Source of the DNA: a virus
Lineage: Duplodnaviria; Caudoviricetes
Virus record (IMG/VR): IMGVR_UViG_3300020477_000035
Coordinates: 1-53,276 of that record
Length of the DNA: 53,276 nucleotides
Strand: one strand, 5' to 3'
Position numbers and translations under genes: made by a program. Below the pieces are notes generated by a model that saw nothing but the letters and a program-made list of their open reading frames with translations, had not been told where the DNA came from and made no database searches. Of the stretch, positions 29,804-37,866 are shown piece after piece. Each line of letters begins with the position of its first letter. Position 1 is the stretch's first letter.

Positions 29804-31936
29804 TTAATAATTGACCGCCCAACCATGTAGGCGTTGTACTTTACCTGCTGAAGCTGCTATATGCCATTCAATTTCATGGCCTTGCCAACCTTGACTTCCA
29901 CCATTTCCTGAACTAATAAACATTTTCCAATAGCGATGCGCTCCTACGTCAGTCCATGTTCCCTCAAACCAAGCATTAAAACTAGAAGCTCCCGGTGCAA
30001 AATTAGTGAGTGAAGTATTTGTCCAATTAGTTCCATCATCACTATAAGCTATTGTCCAAACTGCCGCACAAGTAGCTATGGATGTATATGATCTAATTTT
30101 ATTAAATGTCTGTGGATTGCCCACACCAAGGTCAACTACCATTTCTCCACTTGACGTACCTGATGCTACATAAAAGCCTTCACCGACACCTGTACCAGTT
30201 GCTCCATTTACAACTTCAGATGCGTTCCAAGAACTAAGACCAGTTTGTGAAAGCATCCCTGCTGTTACAGCATATTTTCCTGCCGTAGCACCTGCTTCCT
30301 GATTTGCCCATTCAGCTTTCATCTTAACTGCTGTACCAGTACCACCTGATAATGAAGTTGATCCAAGAGGAACCATTTTTATATTACCAGAAAATCCCAT
30401 TGAGTTACCATAAGAAGAAGCTTCTGTCCAGTTAGCACCATCATCACTTGAGAAATGAACTTTCAAGTCCGTTCCTAATGTTCCTGTACCTTCTGCATCT
30501 TCATAGAGCATAACACCAGATGCTGTGGAAACAGTAGAAGCTGCTGTGGATGCTTTAGAAATGAGTGTACCTGTTGCATTTGTACTTGAGCTTAAAGCTT
30601 GATATTGTGGAATAAATGCGTAAACAGAAGCTGTTGGATCATTAAGATTTGTATTAATATTATTAGCAGCCAACTTTAAATATCTTGCAGTTACGGGTGT
30701 TCCAAAAGTTAAAATACCACCACCGTGATTTGAGCCACTACCCGGATTGCTATTTGTAAAAACACCATTTGCCGCATCACTAACACTCGCCATATTGTCA
30801 TGCCCTGCGGTGAAACTTTGACCAGACCATGCTGCGGTTGTAGTTCCTGTTTGATCCATTACAGTCCAACTAGTTCCATCATTACTATATTCAAGTCTCC
30901 AATCTTTAATTTGACTATGTGATGCTTGGAAAGCATATTTTAAACCTGTCCATCTATATGCAGCTTTAAAATCAATATAAAAAAATGTGTTTGCCCAACC
31001 AAAACCCCCTGCTCCCCAATATCCTATTAAATGATACGCACCCGGATCATCACCTTGTTTGGCTTCTTCCCACCAATCAGAGTTACCCCAATGACCTCCA
31101 CTAGCTGTCCCACCATTCGTTAATGTTTGAGTAGTAGCATCTGTATAAGGCCAATCTGTTACTGCACCGTATGATTCTACTGCCGTAGCAACATACTCAC
31201 CAGTCGCATCACGGTCAACATCAGTTTCCGTCAAGAGTCCACTATCATCTTGGAAAACATCAATATATGCTTCTGGTAAATTGTATGCGATTTTATTTTC
31301 AGATACTCCAACGTGCAAACCAAGACTTGCAATAGACTGATCTAATGTTATCGTATTAACACCCATACTACCTGGCAAACTACCAGTAAGTTTAGAAGCA
31401 TCCAGACTAACAATATGTGCATTTGTTACTGAAGCATCATTAACTGTAAATGCCTGTGCTTGATTTGCTAGATGATAAACAAGAATGGCCACTCCATTTG
31501 GAACGGCCTCGTTGAATGTTAATGTTGTACCATTAACCGTATAATCTGTCTCAGGTGTTTGTGTAACACCATTTAACATAACCATAATACTTTGTGCATT
31601 ATTGGCTGCGGCACTAAGCGTTACTGGTGTTGTTGTATTATTACCTGTTCCAGATTGATATGTAATACTTTCTCTTGAAGCACCTGCTATTAACTCTTTA
31701 CCTAGATATATTACATAAACAATATTTCCTGTTACTGGAGCTTCGGAAAAAGTCAATGTTGTTCCAGATGCCGTATATGCTACATCAGGTTCTTGAATAA
31801 CACCACCAACTGAAACCAATAAGCTCTTTGCATCTTTAACTGTGGTATTCAACGTGAATACTGTGGTTGAGCTATTGGCTGTGAAGGATTGTTTATCCAA
31901 TGTGCCGTATTGAATATCTCTACCTATATAAGCCAT
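29804..31936 (-). CDS. Virion adhesin paralog: MAYIG-type N-domains, two discoidin (F5/8C)-like domains, C-term HGWAVNY
   Basis: WRLEYSNDGTSWT and WTIAYSDDGTNWT..HRYWK motifs; scaffold shared with 24753..29786. Confidence 0.85.
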   Translation of the reverse strand: MAYIGRDIQYGTLDKQSFTANSSTTVFTLNTTVKDAKSLLVSVGGVIQEPDVAYTASGTTLTFSEAPVTGNIVYVIYLGKELIAGASRESITYQSGTGNNTTTPVTLSAAANNAQSIMVMLNGVTQTPETDYTVNGTTLTFNEAVPNGVAILVYHLANQAQAFTVNDASVTNAHIVSLDASKLTGSLPGSMGVNTITLDQSIASLGLHVGVSENKIAYNLPEAYIDVFQDDSGLLTETDVDRDATGEYVATAVESYGAVTDWPYTDATTQTLTNGGTASGGHWGNSDWWEEAKQGDDPGAYHLIGYWGAGGFGWANTFFYIDFKAAYRWTGLKYAFQASHSQIKDWRLEYSNDGTSWTVMDQTGTTTAAWSGQSFTAGHDNMASVSDAANGVFTNSNPGSGSNHGGGILTFGTPVTARYLKLAANNINTNLNDPTASVYAFIPQYQALSSSTNATGTLISKASTAASTVSTASGVMLYEDAEGTGTLGTDLKVHFSSDDGANWTEASSYGNSMGFSGNIKMVPLGSTSLSGGTGTAVKMKAEWANQEAGATAGKYAVTAGMLSQTGLSSWNASEVVNGATGTGVGEGFYVASGTSSGEMVVDLGVGNPQTFNKIRSYTSIATCAAVWTIAYSDDGTNWTNTSLTNFAPGASSFNAWFEGTWTDVGAHRYWKMFISSGNGGSQGWQGHEIEWHIAASAGKVQRLHGWAVNY

Positions 31937-31982
31937 TTAAATTATCCTTTATTAATTATTATTGATTATCCGTTAAATAAGA

Positions 31983-32306
31983 TTAATTAACATCTTCCAA
32001 GATTGAACAGACAACATCACAAGCACCAGAAGCCGTTACACGAATGCTATCGTTACGCTCAAGGATAATTTTCTGTCCTGAGATTACTTGTAGTGAACTA
32101 CCGGAAGGGATTGGAGCATCTTTAACAATAAACGCATCTGTACCAGCTGAATTATCAAGAACTTCAGCAGAAGCAGTTACTGCACTAGATGTTGTATTTG
32201 AAATATCCAATTCAAGAATAATACTGTCTTTTGATGCGGGAGCTGTGTAAACTGTTGCTGCCGTGGTTATACCTACTGATTGTACGCCTTTAAAATCATT
32301 AGCCAT
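31983..32306 (-). CDS. Small conserved virion protein (MANDFK..VYTAP..KDAPIPSGSSL..KIILE)
   Basis: 107-aa beta-rich ORF between a MAIALG-ending gene and a MAYIG-starting gene; AAGGA SD. Confidence 0.8.
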   Translation of the reverse strand: MANDFKGVQSVGITTAATVYTAPASKDSIILELDISNTTSSAVTASAEVLDNSAGTDAFIVKDAPIPSGSSLQVISGQKIILERNDSIRVTASGACDVVCSILEDVN

Positions 32307-32379
32307 TTTATTGTTCCTTTTTTATAGATATGTTATTAACAGATGGTTAGTGTTACGGAGTTTTTACGACTCATACCAA

Positions 32380-32387
32380 TATTTATA
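32380..32387 (-). promoter_or_regulatory. T4-type late promoter TATAAATA
   Basis: Exact consensus in the 128-bp intergenic gap upstream of 31983..32306. Confidence 0.7.
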
Positions 32388-32434
32388 ATTCTGCACCACT
32401 AGTAAATCATTGTAAAACAAATTAATTTATTTTT

Positions 32435-33193
32435 TTAACCCAAAGCTATTGCCATGCCTACTGCAAAGCCTTCTGTAGCGCCACTAATAGATAAAACTGT
32501 ATTTACCCATCTATTACTTGCTAAATCATAACGCAATATATCCTGTTCAGCAGGATTAGTAATATTTGTAGGTAATTGTGATGATGCACTAGTAGATACT
32601 TGAGTATCAACATATGCTGTCGTTGCGACTTTTGTAGAGTTATCTCCACTTGTTTGTGTTACTGCTGTCGTTGCACTAGCTATAGAACCAGCTAATTGAC
32701 CCTGCAAACTGGTAGTTGCAATAACGTCTGTTGCATTAATTGTCGTTGCATTAACATTAGTAGCACTTAAAGTGCCACCAGTAAACGTACCATCACCAGT
32801 TATATTGATAGTACCTGTTCCAGTAATACCATTTCCATTTAAATCTAAATCACCACCGAGCTGTGGTGTCTGGTCGGTTGATACTTCTATCGTTCCTGTG
32901 AACGTCTGAGCCGTAATAGTACCTGTTACAGTAATATTTGATGCGCCACTACCATTATTTATAATATTAAAATCATTCAGGTCTAAGTCGCCACCGAGCT
33001 GAGGAGTAGTATCATCAACAACATTTTCCATATCATCACTATCATTAGCAACGATTTCATTGATAGCATCTACAAGACTACCTTTAGCTGTAGTAGATAA
33101 TGAAGTCAAATCACCATTTTGTGATCCAAGGCTATTAGTCTTTACTCTCCATTGCTCAAAAGTATCTGTTACACTTATCGTTACACTTGACAT
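32435..33193 (-). CDS. Fibre-like structural protein (N-term DTFEQWRVKTN, two PQLGGDLDLN repeats, C-term MAIALG)
   Basis: N-terminal motif typical of T4-like fibre/whisker anchoring domains; DNSTKVATTAYVD fibre motif. Confidence 0.75.
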   Translation of the reverse strand: MSSVTISVTDTFEQWRVKTNSLGSQNGDLTSLSTTAKGSLVDAINEIVANDSDDMENVVDDTTPQLGGDLDLNDFNIINNGSGASNITVTGTITAQTFTGTIEVSTDQTPQLGGDLDLNGNGITGTGTINITGDGTFTGGTLSATNVNATTINATDVIATTSLQGQLAGSIASATTAVTQTSGDNSTKVATTAYVDTQVSTSASSQLPTNITNPAEQDILRYDLASNRWVNTVLSISGATEGFAVGMAIALG

Positions 33194-33208
33194 TTTTATT
33201 GTTACTCC

Positions 33209-33610
33209 TTATTCTGTTATTTCTTTCCAATTTGTTGTTGCTTCATCCCACTCATAATATTTACCATCACTTGAGTTCTCATCAGTTGCATTTTCATTTG
33301 GATGTGGTACAGGACAAACCCAAATACACATTTCTTCATCTAAAGACCAGCTTGGATAAGGCTGTGGAGGAATAAAAGCATCTCTATCTTTATCATAAGT
33401 ATAACCAAGCCCAGCAAAGTTTTTTCTTAATGGCACACCATCATCCTCTTCTTGAGTTACAGGATCATAATGTTTTCCTGCTTGTGTATTATAAGAGGTT
33501 TGAATCCATTTACTCGGATCGCCCAAACGCCCAGTATCAATATATTCTTGACTAACAACAAGCACTTGGACTACTTCATTGTTTTCATTTATTTGTGCAA
33601 AATGTGGCAT
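33209..33610 (-). CDS. Small conserved phage protein, paralog of 18041..18361
   Basis: HFAQI..WIQTSYN..LRKNFAGLGYTYD..RDAFIPPQPYPSWSLDE..WDEATTNWKEITE. Confidence 0.8.
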   Translation of the reverse strand: MPHFAQINENNEVVQVLVVSQEYIDTGRLGDPSKWIQTSYNTQAGKHYDPVTQEEDDGVPLRKNFAGLGYTYDKDRDAFIPPQPYPSWSLDEEMCIWVCPVPHPNENATDENSSDGKYYEWDEATTNWKEITE

Positions 33611-33614
33611 TCAA

Positions 33615-34235
33615 TTATCCTTTAGTAAAAAAATGGGCCATACAAAATCTACCCAACCCTTGATGTTGATATTCTTCTTTCATATTTACTGTTTTCGCTT
33701 CATGCAAATAATAACTTGGAAACATTATCATTCTATTATGACGACATTCAACGATTTGATTTGACTGATTAAACATCAAATCACCACCATCAAATCTTTT
33801 AGGTTCTCTATAAAACCAAATCAAAACTGTGTGCATGAACTGGTCAAAGTGTTCACCATACTTATCTGAATTTTCATAATAACTAATGACTGAACAATCT
33901 TGATTTGTTATTTCAAATGTTCTCCAAGATGGAGTTGTTTTTTTATATGCTTCTAAAACTTCTTTTGATAATATTTTTTTATATAATGTTAATATATTTG
34001 AATCTTCTCTATGAGAAATATATATATCATCTAAATAAAATCTTTTTAATTGTGCAACAGGTTTATTGTTCTTATCATGGGCTATACCATAACCACCTGT
34101 TTTATAATCTATTTTAAAATCATCTTTATATGAATCTAATTCTTTCCATATTAAATTTTGTTCTTTAATATCATAAAAATCATCAATCATCATATAAGGA
34201 AAAACTTTATCTTCTTTGCATAATGTAAATTTCAT
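33615..34235 (-). CDS. 2OG-Fe(II) oxygenase (prolyl-hydroxylase-like)
   Basis: HxD (HFD), FDGGDL, NRMIMFPSYYLH distal His, terminal Arg (GRF). Confidence 0.8.
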   Translation of the reverse strand: MKFTLCKEDKVFPYMMIDDFYDIKEQNLIWKELDSYKDDFKIDYKTGGYGIAHDKNNKPVAQLKRFYLDDIYISHREDSNILTLYKKILSKEVLEAYKKTTPSWRTFEITNQDCSVISYYENSDKYGEHFDQFMHTVLIWFYREPKRFDGGDLMFNQSNQIVECRHNRMIMFPSYYLHEAKTVNMKEEYQHQGLGRFCMAHFFTKG

Positions 34236-34238
34236 TTA

Positions 34239-35087
34239 TCATGGGGCAGGCTGTACCTGATTAATATCATATTTAATTACTACAATACCAGAACCACCTA
34301 AACCATTTGGATTTGACATAGCAGCTCCACCTCCCCCTGTATTTACTTGACCATTACGAGAGCTACCGCCACCACCGCCACCACTTCCTCCTGCAGCTAC
34401 ACTTGCACTAAAAGCACCTGTTGATCCTCCTCCGCCACCACAATAAAAAGCTGTTGATCCTGTTCTATAATCATTCCCTGCACCAGGTCCTGCTGTTGGT
34501 GTACCTCCGGCTCCGCCAGCTCCGCCACCACCTCCACTTGTGCCAGAGCCCCATGAATCTCTATCAGACCCACTACCACCATTAAAACCTTGACCAGGTG
34601 TTCCTGCTGCTCCACCAATACCACCATGATCTCCACAACCAGCTCCACCGCCTGATCCCCCAACACTTCCGCTACCACCAAACCCGCCACCATTACCACC
34701 ACCAATAGATGCCGTGTAAGTAAAATTTGAAATAGAAGATGCGGTACCACTTTGACCTTGAGATGCACCACCACCACCAACTGTAACAACTTTAACACCT
34801 TGTTCAATCTTTAATCCTGATTGTATAACCATTCCACCTGCACCACCAGCTCCAGATTGAGTCCCACCTTCACTAAGACCAGATGTTGTTCCTGCACCAC
34901 CGCCAGATATAACTAGTATATCAACTATACCATCAGGACTAATAACAGTAAAATCTCCTGTATTAAGAAAAGTATGTGATTTATATTGAATATTATTTTG
35001 TGTATAAGTTTGTTCAATGCCACCAGTTGCTTCAAAAATTCCTGGGCCTCGTCTGCCTACTAACTGTGGTGCTAAAATAAAACTCAT
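34239..35087 (-). CDS. Glycine-rich adhesin-like protein (no CTDATT adaptor)
   Basis: ATGG..YKSHTF..GDF..DILVISGGGAG...GGSGIVVIKY, same head family as the 16956..20507 genes. Confidence 0.8.
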   Translation of the reverse strand: MSFILAPQLVGRRGPGIFEATGGIEQTYTQNNIQYKSHTFLNTGDFTVISPDGIVDILVISGGGAGTTSGLSEGGTQSGAGGAGGMVIQSGLKIEQGVKVVTVGGGGASQGQSGTASSISNFTYTASIGGGNGGGFGGSGSVGGSGGGAGCGDHGGIGGAAGTPGQGFNGGSGSDRDSWGSGTSGGGGGAGGAGGTPTAGPGAGNDYRTGSTAFYCGGGGGSTGAFSASVAAGGSGGGGGGSSRNGQVNTGGGGAAMSNPNGLGGSGIVVIKYDINQVQPAP

Positions 35088-35602
35088 AATTCTTGTCCTA
35101 TAAAATTAAAATTTATTACAACCCTTTGATTATTATCAGTACAACTAACTCCACAATGTTCAAAGCTAGTTGGAAAAACTACTAATCTATTTTCAACTGA
35201 TTCAACTTTTTCTTTACTCTCTTTAAATATAGTATAACCGTTATTACTATTCACATAAAATATTGCTGTTTGAGTATTATTAGTTTCATAATCTCTATGC
35301 CATCCAGCAATCATATCTTTTTCTGGAGCAACTGTTCTCAAGTTAGCCTTTGCTCTTATTAAAACACGACACTCTAATTTCTTAATAATTGGTTTTAAAA
35401 TATTAAAATAATTACTTTCATTATAACCACAACCATCAACTGTATTATAAAATAAATGAGTAAATTGAAAATCATTTATGCCTGAAATAGTATCAGGATC
35501 TATTGTATGATTATTAAAAAACCAAGGGAAATTATTTCCCAATATAATTTCTTGTATAATATTTAGTTCATCATCAGTAATTGCATTATCAATAACTTCC
35601 AT
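35084..35602 (-). CDS. 2OG-Fe(II) oxygenase-like protein
   Basis: RAKANL..GWHRD (HxD), TAIFYVNSNNGYT, ENRLVVFP..H, RVVINFN. Confidence 0.75.
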   Translation of the reverse strand: MEVIDNAITDDELNIIQEIILGNNFPWFFNNHTIDPDTISGINDFQFTHLFYNTVDGCGYNESNYFNILKPIIKKLECRVLIRAKANLRTVAPEKDMIAGWHRDYETNNTQTAIFYVNSNNGYTIFKESKEKVESVENRLVVFPTSFEHCGVSCTDNNQRVVINFNFIGQEL

Positions 35603-35667
35603 ATATTCCTTTCCATAATAAACGACATAGTATTAGAATGTTAGTGGCCCTTAGCCATTTTTAAATA

Positions 35668-36789
35668 TTACTCAATTTCTGTTAAATTGATTTTATATTT
35701 TTTACCAGTAATATTATTTAATAGAAAAAGATTTTCATCACCTTCTTCAAATGTCCAAGAACCAGATGTTCCATCTACACTATTACCATTTCGGTGAGTA
35801 TTATCTAAATGCAAATCACCTGTTTTTAAATCTTGAACAACGATTGCTGTACCTTCTGCTTTGATAGTTGCATCATCACCCATATAGATTGTATTATCTG
35901 CAACATACATATCTCTAATTTTAAATTCGGCTGAACCTATATCATAAGTATCATTAGCTGATGGTAAAATATGATTAGTAAATTTATGACCATTAAAATC
36001 TAAAACGCCACCGAGTTGTGGGCTCGTATCTTCTACTAAATTACTGATTCCACCACCAGTACCTGCAGCCCATTCAGGAGCAGTAGCACCACCATTCATT
36101 GTTAATACTTGACCAGCTGTACCTTTTGCCAACCGAACATAATCCGTTCCGTCGTAATAAAGAGTATCACCAGCTGCATCACTACCCATTGCGAGATGTG
36201 TTCCATTAACTGCATTAGTTGCTATATCTTGTGCAACAATAACACCCGGTGCAATCATTGCTGATGTAATTGAATTATTAGGAATTTGAATATTTCCTAC
36301 TGTACCTGTAACATCACCACCAACAGGTTCAGCAGAAATATCGGGAACAGGTACAGTTCCAAAAGATATAACACCTGCACCATTTGTTTTTAAGAATTGG
36401 CCATCATTACCGTCATTCAGATTTAATTCAGTAATACCAATCGTATTAGCATTAATCTGTGCATTGGCAACAGTACCCGACAAATCTCCACCGACAGCTT
36501 CAGCAGAAACATCAATAGTTGAAAATGTAAGACCATTCATATTATCAACAGATAATACTTGTCCTGTGGAAGGTGGTGTAACTTGATCTACTTTTAATTG
36601 TGCTATACCTACAGCATTATTAACATTGGTCATATCCTCTTTTGCTAGAGGATGTCCACCAGCTGTCGCCTTGTCATGTACGACAACTGTATCCTTATCA
36701 GTATCAACTGTTATCTCACCGGTTTCACCGACGAAAATACTGTGATTAGATGTTGTACCTCTTCTTATTTGTACTAGTTTAGCGGGCAT
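35668..36789 (-). CDS. Fibre protein with Mtd_N-like N-terminal domain and common myophage fibre C-terminal domain
   Basis: VQIRRGTT..F.G..GEITVDTDK..VVHD..GG.PLA; C-term GDLHL.N..N.VDGT.GSWT.EEG.ENLFL.NN.TGKKYK. Confidence 0.8.
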   Translation of the reverse strand: MPAKLVQIRRGTTSNHSIFVGETGEITVDTDKDTVVVHDKATAGGHPLAKEDMTNVNNAVGIAQLKVDQVTPPSTGQVLSVDNMNGLTFSTIDVSAEAVGGDLSGTVANAQINANTIGITELNLNDGNDGQFLKTNGAGVISFGTVPVPDISAEPVGGDVTGTVGNIQIPNNSITSAMIAPGVIVAQDIATNAVNGTHLAMGSDAAGDTLYYDGTDYVRLAKGTAGQVLTMNGGATAPEWAAGTGGGISNLVEDTSPQLGGVLDFNGHKFTNHILPSANDTYDIGSAEFKIRDMYVADNTIYMGDDATIKAEGTAIVVQDLKTGDLHLDNTHRNGNSVDGTSGSWTFEEGDENLFLLNNITGKKYKINLTEIE

Positions 36790-36811
36790 AATCTTTAACC
36801 TTATTTTTTAT

Positions 36812-36819
36812 TATTTATA
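36812..36819 (-). promoter_or_regulatory. T4-type late promoter TATAAATA overlapping the stop codon of 36815..37852
   Basis: Exact consensus upstream of the ATG at 36789. Confidence 0.65.
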
Positions 36820-37852
36820 CGCGACACCTTAAAGTAAATCGTAATCCTCGACCAGCAGTACCTGAACCAATCTGTGTTACTTTAAATGTTATCCTATCAC
36901 CAGAAACAAATGAAGCAAGATTAGAATCTATCGTACCATTTGATAATGATTGAACATCTTGTGCAAAGAATGGTTTATTAACACCAGTATATATTGATAC
37001 TCCATTTTTTTCTATATCACAAATAACAGGTTGTGTTGCAGCTGCAACATCCATATATCCTGCTTCACCTTCAATAGTACCTGAACGAGCCATAACCAAG
37101 TGTCCATAAGTACCAACTTCCAAATCTTCTGCTACCAGACTCGCATCATATCCTCCAACAAATCCAAGATCGTATGGAAGATGTGTAATGGCATTTCCAT
37201 TAAGAGCTGGTAAAGTAGTTCCTGTTAATTTACTTGCATCCATTCCAATAATTTTTTCATCTGTTATAGTAGCATCTGATATTTTTATATTGGTAACAGA
37301 ATTAGCTGCAATCTTAGAAGCTGTTACTGCATTAGCTGCTATTTCTAATGAACCAACTGCGTTAGCAACAATTTGTGCGTTATTAATTGTACCAGATAAA
37401 TCTCCACCTAATGCATATTCAGTTAATAAATCTCTGAATACAAGTGTACCACTACCATTAGTTGTAAGAACACTATTTGCAGTAGAATCAACAACATTAA
37501 GTTCTGCAACATTAATTGTATTTGCAGCTATCTGCGCATTGGCAACAGTACCAGTTAAATCACCACCTACTGAAAATGCAGCTGCACTCTGATCTATAAA
37601 ACTTAATGTACCATTTCCATCCGTAGATAATACTTGTCCACTTGTTCCATCTGCAAAACTTAACTGTGCTATACCAATAGTATTAGCAACATTAGACATA
37701 TCTTCTCTTGCCAACGGAAAACCACCAGCCGTTGAACCGTCATGGACTACAACAGTATCTTTAGCGATATCAACCGTTGTTTCACCTAAAGCACCGGTAA
37801 ATGTGTTATGATCTACCGTTGAACCTCGTCTTAGTTGTACTTGCTTAGCCAT
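36815..37852 (-). CDS. Fibre protein with Mtd_N-like N-terminal domain
   Basis: QVQLRRGST..FTGALGETTVD..VVHDG; decapeptide shaft; C-domain DIEKNG..SGDRITFKVT shared with 37867..38958. Confidence 0.8.
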   Translation of the reverse strand: MAKQVQLRRGSTVDHNTFTGALGETTVDIAKDTVVVHDGSTAGGFPLAREDMSNVANTIGIAQLSFADGTSGQVLSTDGNGTLSFIDQSAAAFSVGGDLTGTVANAQIAANTINVAELNVVDSTANSVLTTNGSGTLVFRDLLTEYALGGDLSGTINNAQIVANAVGSLEIAANAVTASKIAANSVTNIKISDATITDEKIIGMDASKLTGTTLPALNGNAITHLPYDLGFVGGYDASLVAEDLEVGTYGHLVMARSGTIEGEAGYMDVAAATQPVICDIEKNGVSIYTGVNKPFFAQDVQSLSNGTIDSNLASFVSGDRITFKVTQIGSGTAGRGLRFTLRCRV

Positions 37853-37866
37853 ATTATTTTCCTTGT

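Noticed and set aside
35645-35657. Small TGGC/GCCA hairpin after gene 35668..36789 as a terminator
   Set aside because: Only a 4-bp stem and no following U-run.
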